This document shows, one piece after another, positions 1-14,109 of a stretch of DNA of 64,000 nucleotides. Positions within the stretch are counted from its first letter, which is position 1. Each line of letters starts with the position of its first letter. Below the pieces are notes generated by a model. That model had not been told where the DNA came from and searched no databases. It saw nothing but the letters and a program-made list of their open reading frames with translations. Origin of the DNA: Paraphysomonas bandaiensis. Its lineage: Eukaryota; Protista; Chrysophyceae. The stretch lies in NCBI GenBank assembly GCA_965644295.1, contig CBFFRP010000335.1, forward strand, positions 62,001 to 126,000, read 5' to 3'. The translations under genes and the position numbers were made by a program.

Positions 1-186
1 AACATAGTTCAGGTGAGGCGGTGGGGCATTAAGCAAATTACTAATAGAGATATATATTCATGGACTGAAGTCTACCATATATAAGTAAGCCTTTAGGCTG
101 TACTCTACACTATCTCTCCTAAAGTCAGCATATTTCAGGTTTATCTCCATTCTGCTTGCTCACTGCGTTTGCTTTGAGCGGTAGGG

Positions 187-342
187 CGAAAGTGGTTGCA
201 CCTTGGTGCTTGCGGCGACGTCAAAGCAGCTTTCGTAGCGTTAAATAGTAGGATATCAGAGTTTAACACTACTGGTTAGTTAAATTACGATGCTAACTTA
301 GTTCTGACCCTTTCACGCCTACTGATAATATTAAGACATTCA
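187..342 (+). mobile_element. 3' end of non-LTR retroelement/SINE-like family (copy A)
   Basis: Core cgaaagtggttgcaccttggtgcttgcggcgacg...gcagctttcg and tail acgcctactgataatattaagacattca match reverse-complement copies at 12445-12634 and 41856-42040; the same core follows the LINE ORF at 43898. Confidence 0.75.
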
Positions 343-740
343 GTACTAACACCGTCTCCAGTATGTCTGAAAGAATTTCAGTGCAACGAAGGCCCTCATC
401 AATGATGAATTCATCGATATTACGACCCTCAGGTTGAAATTTGTATTTAATCTAGAATGCGTTTTAGTTTTCTTGTCGAGGCACTTATCAGATACATGCG
501 TAATACTGTTTTATAAAGTGTGAGGGGCTATACAACATATTCGAGAGATGGCTTTCAACAAAAATGCAGTGGCTCCCATCGTAACAGTAGAGACACAGAG
601 TACAGATGAACCAAGACGATTGATACAATCCCTCGTTATTAAATTTCTACATAACAACCACTAAAGTACGTGAGATTGACGACAACAAATAGTAACTTCC
701 ACAAAACATCATTTAAGTAGCACACATAGCAGACCCAACT

Positions 741-3700
741 CTACTTTACACCATCATACGGAGTAAGTCCATCCACATTTTCTACTGTATCATCAGCTCC
801 GTTCTGTATGAGGTACTCTGCAATTAAGCCTTCCTTATCAAACGACATTGCAAAATGAAGAGCGGTGTTTCCATGGGCATTTTGGTGATTAATGCTTGCA
901 CCCCTTGCACACAACATTTCAACCATTCTTCTGTTAGAGTTTTGAGCTGCGACAAGCAATAAAGTATTTCCTTTTGAGTCTTCTGTGTCAATTGGAAATC
1001 CTACAATTATATATTGTTAACAACCTGAAATGTTGAAAAATAACGACGCACCAAGATTCAAAGATTCTTCTAAACGCTTCAATCGACCATTACGAGCTTG
1101 ACTGAACACTGTGTCCAAGTCAGGAACCCCGACCATACCCCGTCTCTTCTCTGCCAATTCCTTTGATACAAGATCATTTTTCAGATTACTAAACAGTTTG
1201 CTTACAATACCTCATGCTCCACTTGCACCTTCTGGGCTACTTCTTGCTGCGTTAATGGTTTCAACTTTTCTCTTGACACTATAATTTTTCGAACGTGCAG
1301 TTTGTGTTCAACGCCCAATACTTGTACAAGATCTTCTTCTCGTAGCTCCATTAAAAACGGTCCATCGACAGTAGCTTCACGAAATGCTGCACAATATTGC
1401 CCTAATGATAGTGTCTCCATCCACTTACACACATCATCAACGCTCCACATCGCAATATTTGAAGGCAGCGGAGCTGATTTCGCATGTTTAACCTCGCGTT
1501 CGGCTTTCTCAGCAGCCTACGCATATATAACTACATACTACAGTGTATACCTCACTACTTACCGCAAGCTCTGCCTTCTTCTTTTGAATGTTTAATGATA
1601 CAAAATCATCGGCACCAATATCAAGTTTTTTCATGCTAGGGAGATTCGCCGCGGTTGCTGCCGCTGCAGCTGCAGCGGCAGCATCGGCAGATGACGCAAC
1701 TGCTGCTGATGTAGTATCTGAATTCATATCCCTCAGTTGTTTCAACATATTTAAGGAACTAAAGTAAGACAAGCTCATCGACATAAACTGAAATTTCATT
1801 AGTTCCTCCGTTTGAGAAAACATAGCTGTTGATCTCTTCTCGTGCTCTTTAGCCTTTTGAGCAGTAGCCGTTGCTGCAGCCGCAGTCGTAGCGGTTGCAG
1901 TTTCTAGCTCAATACCTTTCTCTCTCAAGTCGTCTAGCTCTTGCTTTTGTTCTAACAAAAGTTGCATCAAGTTTTTCTGGAGACGTTTAAATTCTCTATC
2001 CTTGCGTTCTCGTGTCGATTCCATATCAGCAAGGGCTGACTCCAACCTCTCCAATGCTTTACGTTTCTTTTCAACTTCCTGAAATACTGAGGCAAACTCT
2101 GTCTCTAACTCTTGCCTTTTCTTCTCACGCTCAGCACGCTTGATTTGTATGGTTAATTCTAATGCATATGCTTCCGCTTTCTTTCGTCGAACACTATCAC
2201 CACTTTCATCATTTAGGCCAGGCTCCTGTCCGAGGACAGCAGATTCATTCCCGGCATGAGCTGTTCTCGGCATACCAGCTGCATCTTTAATTTCGGTGGC
2301 CAACAAATCTCTTTCGTGCGTCATTGTCTGCAAATCTCTCTCAATCTGATCGATTTCTTGTAGCTCACGTTCTAAAATAACAAGTTCTTTTTCAGACTCC
2401 TTTAACTCCGCATGAATATGAGATACTCGCGCTTCAGCACGCTCTTGAGCACGATGAAGGGCATCAATTTCTTCTTGCTGTCTCTCAAAAGCAATTTTAC
2501 TCTCCTCTATCATTCGCAAACCTAGTTTTATTCTCTCAGGACCAGGAGTAGCAGCTTCCCATTCTCTACGTCTAGCCGTTATTTTTCTTCCTAAGTAGCC
2601 TCTGTACCACCGCTGAATCTCAATCGCAGCTAGCACATGAATTCTCATACTGCGAAATTCCTCTTTGGCCACCTTCATTCTCCAAACGGATTGAATTTTG
2701 GCAGCCGCTCGTTCCTTTCTACGAAGAATTTCCAAGCGTTTTCTTTCCCTGTTAGCAGACAGGCGCCCAATATGACCACGAAATACACGTTGAATATCAC
2801 GAGCTGCTACGAATCGCCGAAGCTTTCTGTAGCGCTTTCGGGCCAAATACCCTCGTATCGTACGCTGAATAGTCACAATAGAGTCTCCTCTCAACAGATT
2901 TGCTAAGTACATCCGCTTAACTAATGCCGCCTTTTTGCGACCGAGACATCCCCTGACAACAGCCTGGAAAACCTTAACTCCCCTATTTATCGTTTTCTTC
3001 AAAGTCCTATCACGAGCTGCCCTTGCTGCTTTGAGTCTACCTACATGCCCACGCACCACTCTCTGAATGAGACGCGCACAATCGTCCAAAAATCGAGCTT
3101 GTTCTTCCGCCTCCATATGACGAGTCTTTTGATCACGATTGATTTGAGCAATAACCATTTGAGATTTTACTTGCTCATACTGATCCATCGACATTATTCC
3201 TTTTCTACGTGCATCAGCTTCATCTGCCAGCATGTTGTCTAAACATGACACAGCATCCTTTCCTTTTGTAAAGGTTGAAGGAAGATCGGCCGGCATATCG
3301 TACTTCATATCCGGTAACTCCTTAATGGGAACCGTTTCACCTTCACCAGGAACATAGGGGTCTACTATACCCCTCTCAATAAGCTGCTGCTCTATTTGCT
3401 GCAATTCAAGCCTTCGAAGTCGCTCTGCTCGCTCGCGCTCCTTTCGCCTCTCTTCCAACTCCTCGTCCAATTTAGACAACAAGGCATCGTCTTCTGCCTG
3501 GTACTTCTCCCTCCTTACGGCTTGATCACTTGCAATTCGTGCTATTCTCTGCTCTTCTGCTTCGCTCTTCTTTGTTGAAATGGCAGCGTTATGTTGAAGG
3601 GTTTCACTGACCTTCTTATCCAGCTTTTCCTTTAGGGCACTCGGTGTCGATTCACCACATGGTGCGACTTCGACTGGCTGCCGCTCCTTGGCTGGGTGCA

Positions 3701-6700
3701 CTTGCAATTCTCCAACATGACTATCTGTAGGAGGTAGCTGCGGCGTGCTACTTATGGGTGACATTACTAGAGGCTCAGCACGTATGTTTTCTGGACGCAT
3801 CGAAAAGGGTGCAGTACTTTCACTAGATGGAACTGGCACCGGTTCTTCGGTAATCGTATCACCCACGTGTTCAGTTGACTGGATACTATTTCCTTCAGCT
3901 GTATCGTTTGCAATATTTTTTTCCACATCTTTGTCTTCTAGAGTTGAATCACCACAAATTTCTTCTTTCATATCACCAACACTTTCATCCTCATGTTTTG
4001 TAACATTTTCTGATTGAGCTTGAATATCCTTACTCTCACCATCAGGGTCGTCAATAAATGAAATCGATTTTCCACTTTCTGACATATTAGTTGGGGGAGT
4101 ACGAGAAGGTGTTGGCGGATCTAATTCACTCATCACCGGCGTATCTTGCTCAAGTTCTGTGGGTGGTCTTTCGGCTAGATCGTCTTCTGTAGAAGAATCT
4201 CTAGTCGAAGGTTGGGGTGGTGCAATTTCAAAAAGGACCATACCGTCTTCGTCGTCGCCACTCATCACATCGGATTTATCAGATGCTGTACCATTGCCAA
4301 CAGTAGTGGGGACGCTAGGGGCTTCCACTTCAATCACACCATCGAACTGAGGTTTTTCTTTTCGTTTGTTGTAGCTAATGCCGCAATATTCTTCAATAGG
4401 ATTCGCCAACGCATCCATCAAATCCAGTACGGCTGTTTTATTTTCTTGAAACACTGCATGACCAGCACGTGTCCACATTACGAACGCACCGCGGGGATTA
4501 TTCAATGACTCAAGTAGCATCTTTAATCCGTTTCTGCCTAGCAAGCTGAATTTTGCATAGTCTTCCACACCATTTGATAATTTTCCCACCCACTGAGCGT
4601 TGAAATCATTAGCCGTGACCAAAGCATCAGCCGTCACAACATTTTGTTGATGAGACCACAAGTGTTTCACATGCCGTCCATTTAAAAAAGAATCAACATT
4701 TGATGCGTTAACAAGCATATTCTCCGTGGATTGAAGTATTATAACTGGAACTTTGATAGCTTTTAGCTGCATGTCATCGCTATCACTGTCCGAATCATCA
4801 CCGTTGCGTAAGGACGGCTGAATTCCATCCGGGCTTAACATTCCTCGCAAATCTTTGTGCTTGAGACAGCCTCGGGCTATTTTCGTGCGCCCGTCATTTG
4901 TAATCGGATTCGACACAGCTGTGTATATATTGAGGGCGAGATTAGGATTGATATGGGATAGATAATCTTCGGAAAACACAAATCTTGACCAGTAAGAAAC
5001 TGGTATGTCTGGTCTGGAATGAGGAGTAGATTCAAAAACCTGAGCAGCTGCGAAATATTTTTGATTACAAAGCACAACATGCGTTACATTCATACCTGAA
5101 TGAAGAATAGCTGACAACTGAGGATCAGGATAAAGAAACCCATTTATGGACACAAGCGATTTAAAACTTGTTGAATACAGGCTATCGCTGCAGTACTTTA
5201 GTGCAAATGCGGCCGCTATAGCTGAGCCATTTCCAATACCAACGATGTGAAAAGGATTCGTTAATAGAATGTCCCCTTCTTCTTCAGCATGTTGAAGAAG
5301 CTCATGAATACGATCGGCTATCCAGTCATTATTCAAAATTTGTTCACTTGCACCTCGCTGTCTTTCAGCTGCAGACGGCCGTGGCCATACAGTGTTCGCC
5401 TGACCAGGGTAATTAAAGCAAAACACTTGGCATCCATCATGCCTCTGCACAATAGGTTTGAACGCAATGGCAGTTGCGTCGCACGTATCAAAAAAATCGT
5501 GAACAATAATGAAGTTACAACGGGAGATATCCAGAGAAACGTTGCCCAACACAATATATGACATCTTCGTTATCCCGTCAAAACACCTAATCATGCAAAA
5601 ATTATTGAGCATGTCAAAGTAATTATAGTTAAAATTCTTACCTAAAATCTTTAGCTATCCCCGCCGCAGCCATATTACCTTCCCCTTTGTTGTGAGATGC
5701 TAAACGATCGATCGACCTTTTCTGCGAAGCAACAAGTGCAACTTGCTCTCGCCTTATGGTATCTTTCGTCTTTTGTGGCTTTGAAGTGGAAGCTACAGTC
5801 TTTGATCTGTCATTCAGCTTCGTTTTCGGGTGACTTTCAAGAGATCTCGAAATGTAATTGTGAGATGGATTTTGCTTTTTATTGAATTCTGCAAACATGG
5901 TGGAAGCGGTGCCCGAACCTTCTTCCCGTGTGCTAATATCAACAGCTTTCTTTCCTTTTCTCATTGATCCATGTGGTGGTGATGACGTGCGATTCGGTTG
6001 TTGTTTACGTCTTGCCTTTTTACGCTCAAGCTTTTCAACGAAAGTCAAGTCTTCATTGCGTGAGGGGGCATCGTATCTGCGAGTGCCAGGTGATTGCGAT
6101 GGCTGTTCGCACACTGCCAGCAGATCTGATCTTTTGTGGCCGATTCCACGCTGCCACCTTGCAGCTTGAACAACACCCAACACCCATGCACAAAACTTTG
6201 ACGCACAGAAACTAATGGGTAACACATTTTCAGGTCGAAACACTGGATTATCAACATACGGCTCAATTAATCTTAATCGGTCTTCAGTCACATTTTCTAG
6301 TTGAAACTCCCGCAGCATTAAGAGAAACGCCTCTCCACCACCAAGTAGCCGTCGACATTCTTGAAACGACATCGTCTTGCCTGTGAGCATAATCATGACA
6401 GCTTCCATTACAACTTCAACTGCGGCAGGCGGCTTCGCCATAGTTCTTATCTCAGCAACATCCAACTTAGTAAGACTTTCAATCGCTTGTAAGGCAGCAT
6501 AGAGGGACTGTCGTTTCTGACTATCACTGGATTCTATTGAATTCGACATTTGCGAATCACTGTGTGAGTTGAGATCAAAAGAAGACTGTTGATAATCTTT
6601 TGCGTGAGACTTTCGCGCCTTCGCTTTATCTCTCTTCTTTTCTATGACCTTAATAGCTGCAGCCCTCGCATCAGTAACGACCTTATACACTTTGAAACAA

Positions 6701-8690
6701 GTATCACAACAAGCCACGTCTTTATAATAGTGAGATGGTAATTTGCCACTGATTGCTAGGTCTCCATAATTATCTTCTGTAACATACATTTCCATCTGTT
6801 GCCGTTGCTGCGCAGAAAGAGATGCACTTCGTCCGTCATCACCCCTACGCAATCGACGCAGCAGGCGGTTCACCAGTGGCATTTCTTGACGAGTTTGAAC
6901 AATGATTCGAAAGGGAATCACTTTGAAGCTACCTTTCTTCTTGCTTGTATTTTTCAACGTCGATTGTGCTGCGCCTAGGCTAAAAGCGCCGGTTGTTGCC
7001 AGACTACTTGTATCATCGCCATCATCTTCAACACCGGCAGATGTATTCGCCAGAAGACGACGTCTAAAATCTGACAAGTCGCTTCGCGCAGACGGGTCAG
7101 AGCCACCAGGGTGTGCTGACACGTCTTTATTCTCAATAAACTTCAAATCGAAGTTACAAAAATCTCCTGGACAGCCATCTAATTGAGAAGTTCCAAATAC
7201 AGCAGTGTCCAGTACAGGTGCTGTCGGAATTCCCGCATGTGGATTTGGGTTGGGCACCAGTGCAAGGGATGCGTTGGGTGGGGGCTGTCCGCCTAATACT
7301 TCTGCAAGCCCCCCTCGATCTTGTAAGCGAACCTTTCTCACGGGTGATAACCTTGCACTCCCTCGTGATGATCCAGGTCGTGCCAATTCAGTTCCCTGCA
7401 AAATATACATACAGTTAGCCGCCTAGTCATGTGCAAGTACTCTCTTACGCTGAGGATTCTGTTCACTACAGCATCATCTGTATGCAATAGAAATTCGCTC
7501 TTCTGATGCCTTCGAGATATTCTATCTTCTGTGTGACGGCAAATGGTATGTGACGGCCGAACCGCGCTACTGGAAGAATTGTTGCGCATCGTATCAGCAA
7601 ATATATCGACTCCTACATCATTCACTTCATCTGAATGACCACTGACACCATGAGTATTTCTTAAAGATCGGGCAATCTTCCTATTCTCCGGAGAAATTGA
7701 CCTACTTCATATTACAACAATTAAATCTCATGCACACGAATTACCGCTTAATAGATACTTTTTCGATCGCATACAAGCATTCTGTGGAACGCATTAGCCA
7801 TATTTTCCCACGGGAGTCCTCAACGAAATCAAGAGACATTCTCACGATTTTGCATTGCAATGTCTCTTGTAAACGGTTAACGACTCGTCTACAGCACGTC
7901 TCCATGAACTGGCACACAGCATCAGACACAAAGTGTGTAATATTATAGAGCTGTCTACCTCGTTAGAATGCCGATTCATACTCGCTGTCGAATCCCTGTT
8001 TCTGGACCCTGCAACCTCGGGTCGCATTCCCACACGTATTGTCTTCAGTATCGGACGCGCATTTCTATCGAGCCAATAGTCTGTCCTGTTCCAAATGTGA
8101 CAAAACGATACACATGCAATGTGGAGACTAACTTGAAGGTTATAAATGAGGAGGGGTCCCCTTTAGATGGTATAAATACTTGTAAAATTTCAAGGTCGAG
8201 GGGTGTAGAGCCCAAACATATTGCATTGAATGCGTCTGTCTCAATAGGAATCGCAGATTTCCCAGCGTAATGTGCAATTGCAACATACTTGTGACCATTG
8301 GGCTGTAGATTATCTACAAAACCACAAAATTCGTCGCGTATTTTCTGCATCGTCTGCATACCGGCAGGTTTACGGGATACATAACCATCAATATTGGTGT
8401 ACAGGTATATTGCTACTTCTCCTTTGTTTAAGATAATCGTGTCGACCATATTGACCTGAACTCTTGTCAGCTACTATTACACGATTTATAAGTAATGAAA
8501 CCTGAATCCTTTCCTCGCTTGCTTTCGCCCAAAAAGTTCGACATATTTCCGGCCAGTCTAGAGTGGAATAGTCTCCCTTGGTGAGAATATTCGGAATGCG
8601 AGTTTCGCGTGCAATATTTCGGAATATTCCGCCGCCATCTCGTCCAGCATCCCCGCGACGAATATCTCCGAATCGAGGAGCACTGCTCAT
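741..8690 (-). CDS. Giant multi-exon protein (~2,400 aa): dynein microtubule-binding-like domain, alpha/beta-hydrolase-like fold, IQ motifs, coiled coil, SAM domain, ankyrin repeats
   Basis: ORFs 8388-8690, 8045-8449, 7741-7929, 5638-7410, 1509-5612, 1202-1450 and 741-959 can be joined by GT-AG introns (e.g. 5587-5641 gives DFR|CFDG). Motifs: EIRTMAKPPAAVEVVMEAV...FCAWV, IQRVVRGHVGR repeats, WSVDDVCKWM...LGQY, GNTALHFA...GLTP. Confidence 0.8.
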
Positions 8691-9185
8691 ACTTTGACTG
8701 CTCGTATCAGATCACAATACTAATATATGTATATCGTGTAGCACTGGAGAGGTGGTGACTCCTTAGATATGGGAGCTCTTCATGAGAGAGATGTGGTATC
8801 ACAGGCCGCCAATACACTCACTCATTCTTCCATATACTTTTGAACAGTTACAGCTAGATCGATGCCTATATATGTGTATGTATAGGGGCCTCTGCTATCG
8901 TATAGGGCAGCTGCAGCTGCATCCCTCTGTACACTCAGTGCCTCTACACACTCATACATACACGCGCCCTATACGAACATACACGCACGCTAATTTAAAC
9001 ATACAGCCGTATAGGTGAAACAGACACGCAGTGAAATACTGCTGTAGTTCGGCTGTATAATCCATAGAACACCGTTTTACTGCTCTGTATGTTGGTTCTT
9101 GTATGTGCTGTACTCTACTGCTGTATACAGTGTAGTATAGGCACATGCAGTGGTGTGTCCATCTCCCTCTCACTGCCCCTTCACA

Positions 9186-9228
9186 GACATACATACATAC
9201 ATACACATACACATACATACACATATAT
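9186..9228. repeat. (ACAT)n/(AC)n microsatellite
   Basis: acatacatacatacatacacatacacatacatacacatatata in a divergent intergenic region. Confidence 0.9.
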
Positions 9229-9421
9229 ATCCACCACTCTACAGAGCGAGTGTGTTATGCCAGCCTCCTGTACCGTTGTAACATCCATCTATCCATCTAT
9301 CTATCTATGCTGTAACTACCAGTTCATGAATATCACTCGTACAATTCTAACCGTGCTAGTTACCCCCCCTAGTCGGTGACTGTGTCTGTGACTGTCATCC
9401 ATTTAGCAGAGTGTATGTGAG

Positions 9422-11461
9422 ATGACAGATATCGACATCACAGAGTTCGATATATCTGAAGATAAATTCGAGAGGAGGCCTAGCTGGTTGCTTAATGACA
9501 TCAATGAAATGATGCACCAGAAACTAGGCGGCGCTGCTGTTCTTCCTGATGCGAAACAGATGAAACAGTTCGAGAAGACTTTACACAAACAGAAACGATT
9601 ACCGAACAAGTTTGAGCAGTACAAAAACCTTCAAAAAGAGAAGTCAATACCGTTACAGTATAAACCTGTGGCGCGTCATGCTAGAGAATTGAAGAAATGT
9701 AAAATGAAGACACTTCTCTCGTCCACTAGCGAGAAGAAAGTAAACAATTTTATTGAACTGGTTCATGCTAAACGAAGGAAACAGCGGGAGAAATATGATG
9801 ATTATATGCGTCAATCCCTTCGCCATCCCACGCTAGAGCCAATTTTGACAGAGCGTTTGAAATCCCCTCGCCCGGTCACTTCATATGGAACGTCATCATT
9901 TCATGCACCAACTTCTCAAACCAGGCCCCGTACTGCTCCTCTTGCCGGAAGCATGCCTTCTGGTGGAGATTCGAGCTTGTATCCCTCTAAGTCGGCGGCT
10001 ACTACAACTGGAAAGTTAAACGACTACGTCGATAAGCAAGCTGAAATTTTAGCGAAGCTGAAGAAGCGATTCAAGGCAATTTCTCTCGCGGCGATGTATA
10101 CGAGAAAGTGCAGAGACATATTGATATATACCAAGGCCATCATGATGACCAGAAAAAAATTCGTGTTAAAGATAGAAAATTGGTACATGAAGATGAAAGA
10201 AGAGCGGCGGTTGAGACTAGTCGAGTCAATGCCGAGGTTATTCTTACGCTATTTGAAGCGATTCCAGCGGAGAATGGCTACTAGAAGAATAGCGACGTTT
10301 CTAATTGAGTTTTCTTCCATGCAAAGTTCAACTATTGTCAAAAAGTTTTTGGTTTGTGTACGTAAGGCACAAGTGTTCGTCCGTCAATCTCTTCAGGTAA
10401 AACGTGCGAGGCACCTTCTGCTAACGCTATATTGGGAGCGCACAGAACGTAGTATACGAAAGCAACTAGAGGATCAAGAAAAGGTAACAATGGCTCGATT
10501 ACAGAAAGAGCGCATGGCAAGGATGCGAAGTGGCGAGAACTCTAATGTTCATGACAAGTGGAACTTAACTCATCAACAGGTGTGGTCGTATTGTAATGTC
10601 TTAGTGTATGACATTCTGTATTTAGGTGATAGCTTTGTTCAACCATATGGATGGAGTGGAAGCACATCGTGCAAATACTATTCAACAAATGAACAACGAT
10701 GCCGCAGCATCGAAGCGTCTAGCAATTCAACAAATCAAGCAACAGCAAGATAGCGTAATATTTCAAGATGCAGTGAGTGAGGAACTTCGCAATCGGATCA
10801 TTGAAAAATACGTATCCTACAAACGCCATCTACACTTAAAGAAAGGATCCTCCTCCACTACGAATTCGAAAAGTGGTCACCATTCAAACATTCAAGCTTC
10901 AAGAAGGTAAAGGCTGTATCAGACATAGTGTATTGTTCTAATTGAACTATGTGTAGTTCTGCTGTAAATGTTAAGACTGCTAAAAAGTTTCTACAAAACT
11001 CGGGTTGTGAGAAGGAATTGCTGCAGCGACAACTTGCAGATGCAGGCGTTCAGATTGATGCCGATAAAGAAGTCAGGAGAAGAAAGGGGGTTCGACGATA
11101 TGTTCCCCACAGTCCTTTCTTGTGTTTGACTGACCCTGAACTTGGAAAACCATGGAAAACTATTATCGAGGAGGTTGTGCGGGAAGATATTGTGAAGAAG
11201 AAAAAAATTATTCAGGAAAAAAATGCTAAAGCTCTAGCTGATCGACTGCAGCATAAACGCCCGGTCGCTGGAATTGCAAAATCGCATAATTGTCATGACA
11301 ATGAGCATTCCACTACTCCATCTAACGAAGAGAACAATGAAAAAAATATTTTAAATCGTGGTGGATATTTTGATATGCTGAAAGCTCCTAGAGATGGTAA
11401 ATTCAATTCGGATAAACCTACTGATGTGGTGCTGCCGAAGACCTCCTCTGGGGAACATTAA
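9422..11461 (+). CDS. Hypothetical basic coiled-coil protein with IQ-like motif, 3 exons
   Basis: 443-aa ORF plus ORFs 10626-10910 and 10949-11461, linked by GT-AG introns near 10580-10625 and 10907-10956; RKAQVFVRQSLQVKRAR is IQ-like. Confidence 0.65.
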
Positions 11462-12444
11462 CTTCATCCGGACGTTAATTGTTGTGATATTTACCAATGT
11501 CTCTGTTTCATAAGTATTGATGCGCTCATAGTAATGACGTTTCAATTGTATATATTTGTTGTGGATGTATCTGTATCACGAGTTGAGTTGTTACGGGATT
11601 TAAAAGGCTGTACGAAACAGTATGTAGTACCCTGAAGTCAAGAACTATAATCACTTTCTAAAACAACCCCTATTGAATGTCGCTTATTCGTAAGTAATTA
11701 AAATCTGTAGTTTGAGGTTATTAGAATTATAACCGTTGAATGAAGAGTACAGTGGTTGACAGTATGTTAATAGGTGATTATATGTTGGGCTTAAAGCCAA
11801 TCGCTAGTAGTTATCCTGTATTCTATGTAGCAATGAAATACAGAATATACATGATTACACTATAGGAGTAGCTATTACAAGTATACAAATAAACTGAAAA
11901 TATAGTAGTTGTTAAAGATACGATTGGTAGAACAGAATGTTGATGTTGGTGAATGACGTGGTTCCTAACTCACAGTGCTACAACATCATAACTTTACTAT
12001 ATCTCCTATAATATCAATCAGTCAATATTGCACTAACTAAAGCTTAAGTTAATAGTAGATTCTGTATTTTATTGCTGTTTGCTACTCAGAATATAGGATA
12101 GCTACTTGCGATAAACATCAATAAGCTTCACGTACATTATTCGTAAGAGTAGGTTGTAGTTAATAGTTAATATGATATTTTCAAAGAATTTAATGAAATT
12201 ATGTATTAAATAATAATCTAAAATGTAGTTTATAGATATTGATGATTACAAAACCATCAATATAGCAAATTATAATGAATGAAGAGAAACGGATACTTCA
12301 ATGTTAGTGACTTGAGTGTTGCGTGAGTTGAGAGTACAGCTACTTACTTCTTTGATATGATGTCTTCTCACCATAATTAAAAGTAACCACAATGCTCAGA
12401 CAAAGCTATTAATGTACAGTTTAATTTAAATTGAATATACTATA

Positions 12445-12965
12445 TTGAAAGTCTTACTATTAGCAATAGGCGTTAAAAACCTGCACCAACTTAATAGCTA
12501 GATGAATGCTAGACAAAACTAGTTAGACCTCTACCTGTAACTAATCAGTACACACTTTTTTATTCTACTACTATATTTAACGCTACGGAAGCTGCTTGTG
12601 CGTCGCCGCAAGCACCAAGGTGGGAACACTTTCGCTCTGAGTTCTTAAGGTGAACATCCCGGTTGCTTGACTTCAGCAGGCAGCCCAATACCCCGGTTAC
12701 ACTTCATGTGGGCCCTCCTGTCCCGGATGCCCTTGAGGTGGTAGCATCATTCCCGGATGCCTGTTTATTCGTCAGGGCCCAAAGACGTCTACACAAGGGA
12801 CACTTATATTGGTGTCCCTTGTACCACACAAGCATTCGGCTACGAGTGGGCAGAAGAATATCTGCTGACTATGTTTGCGGCTCACGTTAGTTTCCCAGAG
12901 AGAGCCTCTCCGGTACTTATCCCCAGAACACCACGAAAAGGTGCGAGTCCGACTTTGTTGAGGGA
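12445..12965 (-). mobile_element. Non-coding retroelement/SINE-like copy B (~520 nt)
   Basis: Shares tail (ttgaaagtc...gcaataggcgttaaaaa), core hairpin (12586-12634) and distal segment (12850-12963, similar to 42445-42541) with the 41723-42541 cluster. Confidence 0.75.
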
Positions 12966-13344
12966 TTGAATATACTAACGGCCAGTGTATGCATATGTAT
13001 ATTAGCATACTGTATAAACTGAGTAAGTATTTGTACAGTATTCGCACTATATACTTCTACTCAACTCTTGATTTGTATAGTTTTCATATCAGTGTGACTT
13101 CTGAACATTGCAGCTATATAATATAAGGGTGTCAGTGCTTTAAATCACATTCAGTATCAGATGTAGCACTAATATTTTTGAAGTTGTTGCAAAATCCTGG
13201 TTATGAAGATAGGTCTCTTACACTGATATCGTAATAATCTATCTACTACATCAGACAACGGATGGAATGAAACTTGGAGTGTCTGATGATCTGCTCTTGA
13301 AAGTTGACTATCATTATTGTGGCTTTTCTAAAATGTTTTAACAC

Positions 13345-13480
13345 ACTGAAATCACTTTCAAACGACAAACGACTGTCAATATCATAATTAAGATAGAACC
13401 GAATGTAAAAGTTGAACGTCTATTTTTACCCGGTGCTAAAATATATTTTTTTACGACAAATGGAGATAAACAATTATTTA
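13345..13480 (+). pseudogene. Possible decayed hAT transposase C-terminal dimerisation fragment
   Basis: Translates as IKIEPNVKVERLFLPGAKI, resembling HIETQSNVVERLFSRAKLI of the hAT at ~35230; no TIRs found. Confidence 0.3.
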
Positions 13481-14109
13481 TACTGTAATAGCAAAGATTA
13501 AATGAATACGTATAATAGGCCTTACACAATAAAAAGGACAACATGATTCATGATATTGAGTTTCGCTGTTTGAGCAATTAAAAGCTGTAATTCTAAGGTA
13601 TTGGAATTATGACATACAAGATAGTGACTATGTAAGATCGTACGTAGAGATAACATGAAATTGATGAATGAGAAGTGATATTGATCATAAGTTTATTCTA
13701 TGTTACTATATCTTTCTAACTTATAATCTAAGCATATAGAGTGACCGCATGACACATGAAAAATTGACATATCAATAAAGTAGCTCGATACTCGATATAT
13801 GTTGCAGTCAGCACTGACTCTATTGGTCATATCAACTTCATTTTAATGCTACATTGTGGAAAGAAATTTACGACTTTCAGATCATGACATGCATAACAGA
13901 ATTAGTTTTTTATGACCGATAAATAATAATATCAGATAGTAGTAGTACTAGTACATTGATTAAAGTACTGACTAACTTAATATATGGAATATGGCCAAAA
14001 GCCTTTCCAGCAAAACCCAGAGTTCTTAACAATATAGAGAAAGAAAAAACGTTAATCTAATACTAATACATAAAAACAAGACGAACAAAACATTCTGACA
14101 TGCGCGAGA

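Noticed and set aside
236-256. CGTTAAATAG resembling part of a pistol ribozyme
   Set aside because: The P1 loop pseudoknot and downstream conserved residues are absent.
2637-7426. Numerous short plus-strand ORFs
   Set aside because: Antisense shadows of the large minus-strand gene with no recognisable motifs; the same applies to most 60-110 aa ORFs elsewhere in the track.
12760-12785. CTGACGA on the minus strand, a possible hammerhead core
   Set aside because: Followed by TAAAC rather than GAAAC, with no stem III or NUH site.
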